A DNA stretch of 64,000 nucleotides from assembly GCA_973895155.1 (NCBI GenBank), contig OZ316892.1:29332932-29396931 (forward strand). Direction: 5' to 3'. The stretch is from Marsupella aquatica (lineage: Eukaryota; Plantae; Marchantiophyta). Numbering within the stretch: the first letter of the stretch is position 1; each line of letters opens with the position of its first letter. The translations under genes were made by a program, and so were the position numbers. Shown here in pieces: positions 63,590 to 64,000 of the stretch. The notes below the pieces were generated by a model that saw nothing but the letters and a program-made list of their open reading frames with translations, was not told the origin of the DNA and searched no databases.

Positions 63590-63753
63590 AGGAAAGAAAC
63601 TAGGCCCGCAGAGGAAGGAGGCAGCCAAATAAGGAATTTAATTACTTGGCAAGAGAAGCACATGAGACTGGTGGAAAGAAACTAGGCCCCCAGAGGAAGG
63701 AGGTAGCCAAATAAGGAATTTAATTACTCGGCAAGAGAAGCACATGAGACTGG
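63590..63753. repeat. Two-copy ~80 bp duplication
   Basis: ggaaagaaactaggccc.cagaggaaggagg.agccaaataaggaatttaattact.ggcaagagaagcacatgagactgg x2. Confidence 0.9.
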
Positions 63754-64000
63754 AGGCCAAGACTTTTTGCAGAGGGTGGAATCTCCTGAAAATTCACCAC
63801 TGAAAAGAACGCTGGTCTCAGCTGCACCATGGCTACAAAAGTACAAAGCAAAAACCTTGAAAATCACACTGCTCATCACACATGTGCAGCTGGAATGTTG
63901 TCGAAGCTCTACAGTATCGTCTGGTGTCGTCTGGTAGTCTCGTCTGTTTTGGTCTGCCTGCCCTTTCCAATCCGTGTGGACCTAGCTCTCATGTGTGCAT

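Noticed and set aside
1-64000. tRNA, rRNA or conserved plant miRNA genes
   Set aside because: None recognised by eye; an Infernal/tRNAscan-SE run is needed to exclude them.

Overview
Eukaryotic nuclear DNA from a land plant, probably a non-seed plant such as a bryophyte (inferred from gene content and GT-AG introns; the species cannot be determined). Four apparently intact genes: an intronless oil-body-associated protein (OBAP/DUF1264, minus), a 4-exon GT47/exostosin glycosyltransferase (plus), a small bacterial/fungal-type ACT-domain (CASTOR-like) protein (plus) and a 7-coding-exon CRLK1-like receptor kinase (minus). The most unusual locus is a tandem pair of cytosolic tyrosyl-tRNA synthetase units (8793-3266, minus). 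The stop codon of unit A lies inside a consensus splice donor (AG|GTGAGA) that joins in frame, through a 90-nt linker exon, to a start-less unit B. This is the architecture of a double-length pseudo-dimeric TyrRS. The locus is now damaged: +1 nt in exon 9, and unit B is cut off and joined to a truncated Ty1/copia element through a templated-insertion repair scar. A decayed P-element-like transposase with an N-terminal zinc-finger ORF lies at 12.5-14.7 kb. The rest is a patchwork of MULE-type MITEs, other dispersed repeats and local tandem duplications. All calls come from reading the sequence by eye; no database searches were run.
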